A stretch of DNA of 38,449 nt from Thelocarpon superellum (Eukaryota): NCBI GenBank assembly GCA_026025795.1, contig JAPEUG010000137.1:1-38449 (forward strand), given 5' to 3'. Positions within the stretch are counted from its first letter, which is position 1. Each line of letters starts with the position of its first letter. The notes under the pieces are model-generated. The model saw nothing but the letters and a program-made list of their open reading frames with translations, was not told the DNA's origin and ran no database searches. The position numbers and the translations under genes are program-made. Positions 34,569 to 38,449 of the stretch are shown here, piece by piece.

Positions 34569-35852
34569 ATGTCTACCTCTACCTCTGGCCTGACACGCCG
34601 TCGAGGAGGTGCCGGTGGTGCCGCCCCCGGGGCCGGCGCCGAGGTGGAGAATGGCACGAATGAGGGCAGCCGGGTCAACTCGCCCGCGCCCAAAGCCGTG
34701 CCGTCCTTTGACGCCCGCGCCCCTGAGACCTCCTACAGCAGCGGCGAGAATGGGCACAAGATCGCTTTCGACCCGCGGGATATCAGCGAGAGCGAGGAGC
34801 GCAGCAAACAGCCCAAGCTGACCTTGATGGAGGAAGTGCTCCTGATCGGCCTCAAAGATAAACAGGTACGCCCGCGTGATGATCAAGACGTCACCCTCAC
34901 GTCCCTCGGCGTGCACGATGGCGCTGAGACCATGACAGGGATACCTCTCCTTCTGGAACGACAACATCTCCTACGCCCTACGGGGATGCATCGTCATCGA
35001 ATTGGCCTTCCGGGGTCGCGTGAGCATGCAAAAAGACTCGTCAAGGCGGCGCTTTCCCCTCCCGGACCGCATCATCGAGGTCATCGACGACACCCTGACC
35101 GGCGAGGTGCTCCTGGACGAGGCCCTGAAGATGATGAAGTCGAGTGAGAAGATGAGCGTGAGCGCGTGGATCGATCTCATGAGTGGTACGTCTTCGGCAC
35201 ATAAGCATCAGGTCTCAGGGGGATGACATTGACCGCGACGTGCCCTGCAGGCGAGACGTGGAATTTGATGAAGATTGGCTACCAGCTGAAACAAGTGCGT
35301 GAACGATTGGCCAAGGGCCTAGTCGACAAGGGTATCCTGCGCACGGAGAAACGAAACTTCCTGCTCTTCGACATGGCCACCCACCCCGTCGCCGACGGGG
35401 GCGCCAAGGACGAGATCCGACGGCGGGTGCGGAACATCCTCACCAACCGCACCGTCGTCCTGCCCCCCAGTCAATTCCTCCCTGGCGACATGGAGTTTCG
35501 CTACTTGCGGACGGTGGCCATGGTGTGCGCCGCTTACGCCGCGAACGTGCTCGAGAACAGCCTGGCGACGCTCGGGCATGAGTCTCGGGAACGGGCCTTC
35601 GCGCAGGTTGATGAGCTGCTGGCCGAGTATTCGCAATGGCCGTTTGGGAAGCGGACGGGAGGCTCGGGCGGGGTCGGGGCCAACTTGGGCCAGGTGATTG
35701 GGGACGAGGTGAACCACAGTAAAGACAAGGAGCTGCAACTGGAGGTCGGTGCCAAACTCTTTCCGTGTCATCGTCTCATGCTGACTTGGTTCGCGGCGTA
35801 GGTGGTGGCAGCGTGCTTGAGCGTCTTCACCCGGCTCGACTCGCTCTTGTAG
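34569..35852 (+). CDS. VPS74: Golgi phosphoprotein 3 / Vps74. Introns 34866-34938, 35186-35250, 35745-35801
   Basis: Motifs [38 protein letters not shown] and GETWN...[30 protein letters not shown]. Confidence 0.96.
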
Positions 35853-36532
35853 TCGCCCCGGCGTGTCCAGTCGCAGTGAGCAGGGCGAAGCCGGGCAACA
35901 ATGAAGCGTTGGCGACATCGAGGCCGAGATGGGACGAGTCGGTCCGGGCGTGGTCTTGCGCCGTCTTTCAGTCTTCCCATCGTCCCATCGCCTCTCGACC
36001 TGGGACGCGGTCGGATCCTCCCTCCTTTCAATCGGGTGCTCAATAGGGTGCATGTGCCGCGTATGCCACTTCAGCTGACCTGTATAAGAGAGGCGGGGAA
36101 GCGAGAAGTACGCCTGGAGTTGGGGGGCATGCAACCGTTTGTTTCGGGGCTGTTGTTCCATGAGCAAGGAGCAAGTTCATGTCCTATCTCGAGGGATTTA
36201 GGCCCCTTCCGAGGTGGTCGGTGAGGTGGTGTACTGCTGTATGAGCGTTGGAGAAGACGCGGATAAGTTTAGCATCAAGTACCTCCATTCCGTTGCTCGC
36301 TCGTGCCTGCAACGCCATCTACAAGCATGACATTACCAAACGACATGACATGCGCACGGAGTGTGTATCTGCAATGCCCGCAGCCATGCCAAAGGCACTC
36401 GGAGACGGTGTGAAGAAGCAGAAAGACATCGCCGCGCACGGCTTGGTCCAACGTCGAGCCGTTCTCGCCGCCGATCGGAAGCAGATTCGCCTCTGATCGT
36501 CATCTCCTCCTGATGGCACTCTTTCCGGGAAT

Positions 36533-36828
36533 TCAAGAGCGGTCGCACCGACAGCTCGCGACGTCTGAACCATACTCAACTCTTGCATGTTATGTCAGCT
36601 TCTATTCAATTCGCTTCTATCAGAGACTAAGTTGGTCGTCGAACGTCGCAGCTCCCGGCCCCCGGGCTCTTTTAGAAACACGAAGCGATGACAATCACGT
36701 AGGACTATACCGGCAAGAGTGATGGGAGCCCGGGGGCCACGACGTCCGACGAAAGACTTGGTGTCTGTATTCGTCATTCGCACTTGCGTCGTTGGTTCGA
36801 GGGACATTGCGCTTGCGGTCGGGCTTGA
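36533..36828 (+). ncRNA. Candidate structured non-coding RNA / long imperfect fold-back (family not recognised)
   Basis: Seven nested, colinear complementary segments, including a perfect 13-bp core at 36657-36669/36726-36738. Most non-canonical pairs are G-U on the + strand. Transcription is not shown. Confidence 0.35.
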
Positions 36829-37676
36829 TTTGGACTGGTGTGGCGGAAGCGGATGCCGACGCCCAGGACAGCCACAGCTCCCCGGACTCTCTGCCACATG
36901 GACGAGGACGAGCCGTCGCTCTCAATGGCGGCGCAGCGTCTCCATTGGAAGGCGGTCGGGGCGTGGCTCGTCCCATTGCGGCCGTCACAGTCGGGCGTAG
37001 GGCCAAGCATCCATCCAGGGACACGACGGGATGGGGTTCGTGTGTCCCGAGCATATGGTAATGGTAAGCGCAGAGGCTCCCGGCCTGACGTCGTTTGCGG
37101 ATGGTCGACAAGAGCGACTTTAAACTACGGAGTGGGACCCGACGCGCTGCGTGCATAGTCTGCATCTACCCGCCAAATCGCCTGGGAGCAGCTGAGCACA
37201 GGAGAAGTCTCCGGCATGTGCCGAGCGTAGCGTCGTTACCGAAGCATCGTTAGCCATCTTGGCGCCCGCACACCTGTAGAAGCGCCGTGGGTGGGACGTG
37301 GAGGAGCGGCTCTCAATAATGAGTCAGGCACGGCGAGGGAAGAGAGGAGGCGGATGAGCACCGGGGTAGGACCGGGGGTTACAATGGCATCATCCTTGCG
37401 CCCCCCGCGCTCCGGTGCCGTTGGGAGAAATGGCCCCTTCTCGGCTCTCTCGGCCCCCCCGTGGCGGATCCAGGCCCTGGCGTGCCCTGGGCGTTTCGGC
37501 GTGGTCGGGTATGACGGGTGTGACGGGTGGAGGGTTGGGTGGGAGGTAGCACTTGGGACTGCTATACGTCACATTCCTGCTGAGTTGGGGAGAAGTGAGA
37601 TTACCGAGATCTGGCACTAAGGGGACTGGTTCTGCCGCGCCCGTCGAGCCTAAGCTGGATCCAGGTCTCTTTATCC

Positions 37677-37711
37677 TTTGCCTTTTCCCCTTTGCCCTTT
37701 GCCCTTTGCCC
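37677..37711. repeat. Pyrimidine-rich 7-bp tandem repeat (CTTTGCC-like, about 5 copies)
   Basis: Read directly from the sequence. Confidence 0.8.
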
Positions 37712-38449
37712 GTGGTCTGTGGCTCACCCCGAGCCTGCAGAGGCGCCAGTCGGAACTTGCCTTGCCCAACGCCCGTCCGTATCTGATACGAGTACGGAGT
37801 ACGAGGACAGCGGACTTGGCCCCGCTGCCGCCGCTGCCATCGCTTCCCTTTGCTCGGACAGGAATTGCTGTGTGGCAGGACCAGCACCAACGGTGCCACG
37901 CCAGTGGTGCCGACCGTCCGAGCGATGGACAACTAGCGGCAGGGTCTGAGAATATTCATCTAATCCTGCCGCCCATCGGTGGCACGGTTCAGGGTGATGA
38001 AGCCGTGACGCCCTTTCGCCTTCACACCCCGTCCGTGGAGCCCCTCTGGGAGCACGACAGGTGATCCTGTCATACCCACGCTGAATTTCGACCCTGGTAC
38101 ATGGCTCGGTTGGGCTAGGTGAGGGTGCGAGTCGGATCCGATGGATGCGGCTGGCTGGCCGAACCAGGCCCCGTGCAGACGAGCGGACGATGGCGCAAGC
38201 GACGGGCGGCAGCGAGCGATGAGCGACGCGAGGTGGTGAGGTTCGAAGTTCACAACGGAGACAGGAGCCGAGAGCCAAGATTCAGGGCGGGTGACGTTGG
38301 TGGCCCGGCGACGCGACCAACCGCGGGCGCCAGAAGGACGCCGATCCTGCACGATCGATCGGGGTGGGGGAACGGCTCTTGAATCGCCACTAGTGGCCGA
38401 GGGCAGATACTCGAGCTTCCATTGCGTTTTGCGTCGCTTTTTCCGTGTT

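Noticed and set aside
83..35801. Many long antisense or alternate-frame ORFs (e.g. 1149-2057 +, 12555-13649 +, 18402-19334 -, 30204-31217 -)
   Set aside because: They are shadows of real genes caused by high GC3, with R/A/P/S-rich composition and no motifs.
37946..37960. CTGAGAATAT resembling the TPP riboswitch J3/2 motif
   Set aside because: The downstream conserved TGAT...GATAAT...AGCG block is absent, and there is no intron or thiamine-gene context.
35853..38449. Assignment as telomerase RNA, SRP RNA or RNase P/MRP RNA
   Set aside because: No TAACCCTAA template on either strand and no SRP helix-8 motif. GAAGTCTCCGG at about 37204 lacks a matching P4 partner.
1..38449. tRNA, rRNA, CRISPR arrays, transposases or RIP-degraded repeats, and stop-codon readthrough to PTS1 signals
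   Set aside because: None seen by eye: no cloverleaf, spaced repeat array, AT-rich island or TE domain. The stop codons I checked (UCH, DHH1, PCM1) lack a TGA-CTA context, and the DHH1 and PCM1 read-through extensions do not end in an SKL-type signal.

Overview
Eukaryotic, GC-rich, gene-dense fungal DNA, most likely a filamentous ascomycete (Pezizomycotina). The basis is short GT-AG introns of mostly 47-70 nt with RCTRAY branch sites and typical orthologue architectures. I reconstructed 14 protein-coding genes by eye, with 47 introns in total: RIC1 (3'-truncated by the window edge), a UCH37-like ubiquitin hydrolase, POM152, UTP22, an intronless hypothetical gene, cystathionine gamma-synthase, SMC6, DHH1, PCM1, the mitochondrial citrate carrier CTP1, RRP14/SURF6, complex I NDUFS8/TYKY, mitochondrial acyl carrier protein and VPS74. 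Most ORFs in the six-frame track are antisense or alternate-frame shadows. I found no transposase, tRNA, rRNA or CRISPR. This is mainly a housekeeping region. Best leads: (1) a ~300-nt rod-like fold-back with crossing alternative helices in the gene-free 36.5-36.8 kb region, a candidate unannotated structured RNA; (2) a ~715-nt ATG-free, stop-depleted leader on DHH1 whose open frame joins the DHH1 frame if intron 1 is retained; (3) a GC-AG intron; (4) a head-to-head pair of complex I genes sharing a CCAAT-rich promoter. Gene identities come from recognised protein motifs, not database searches.
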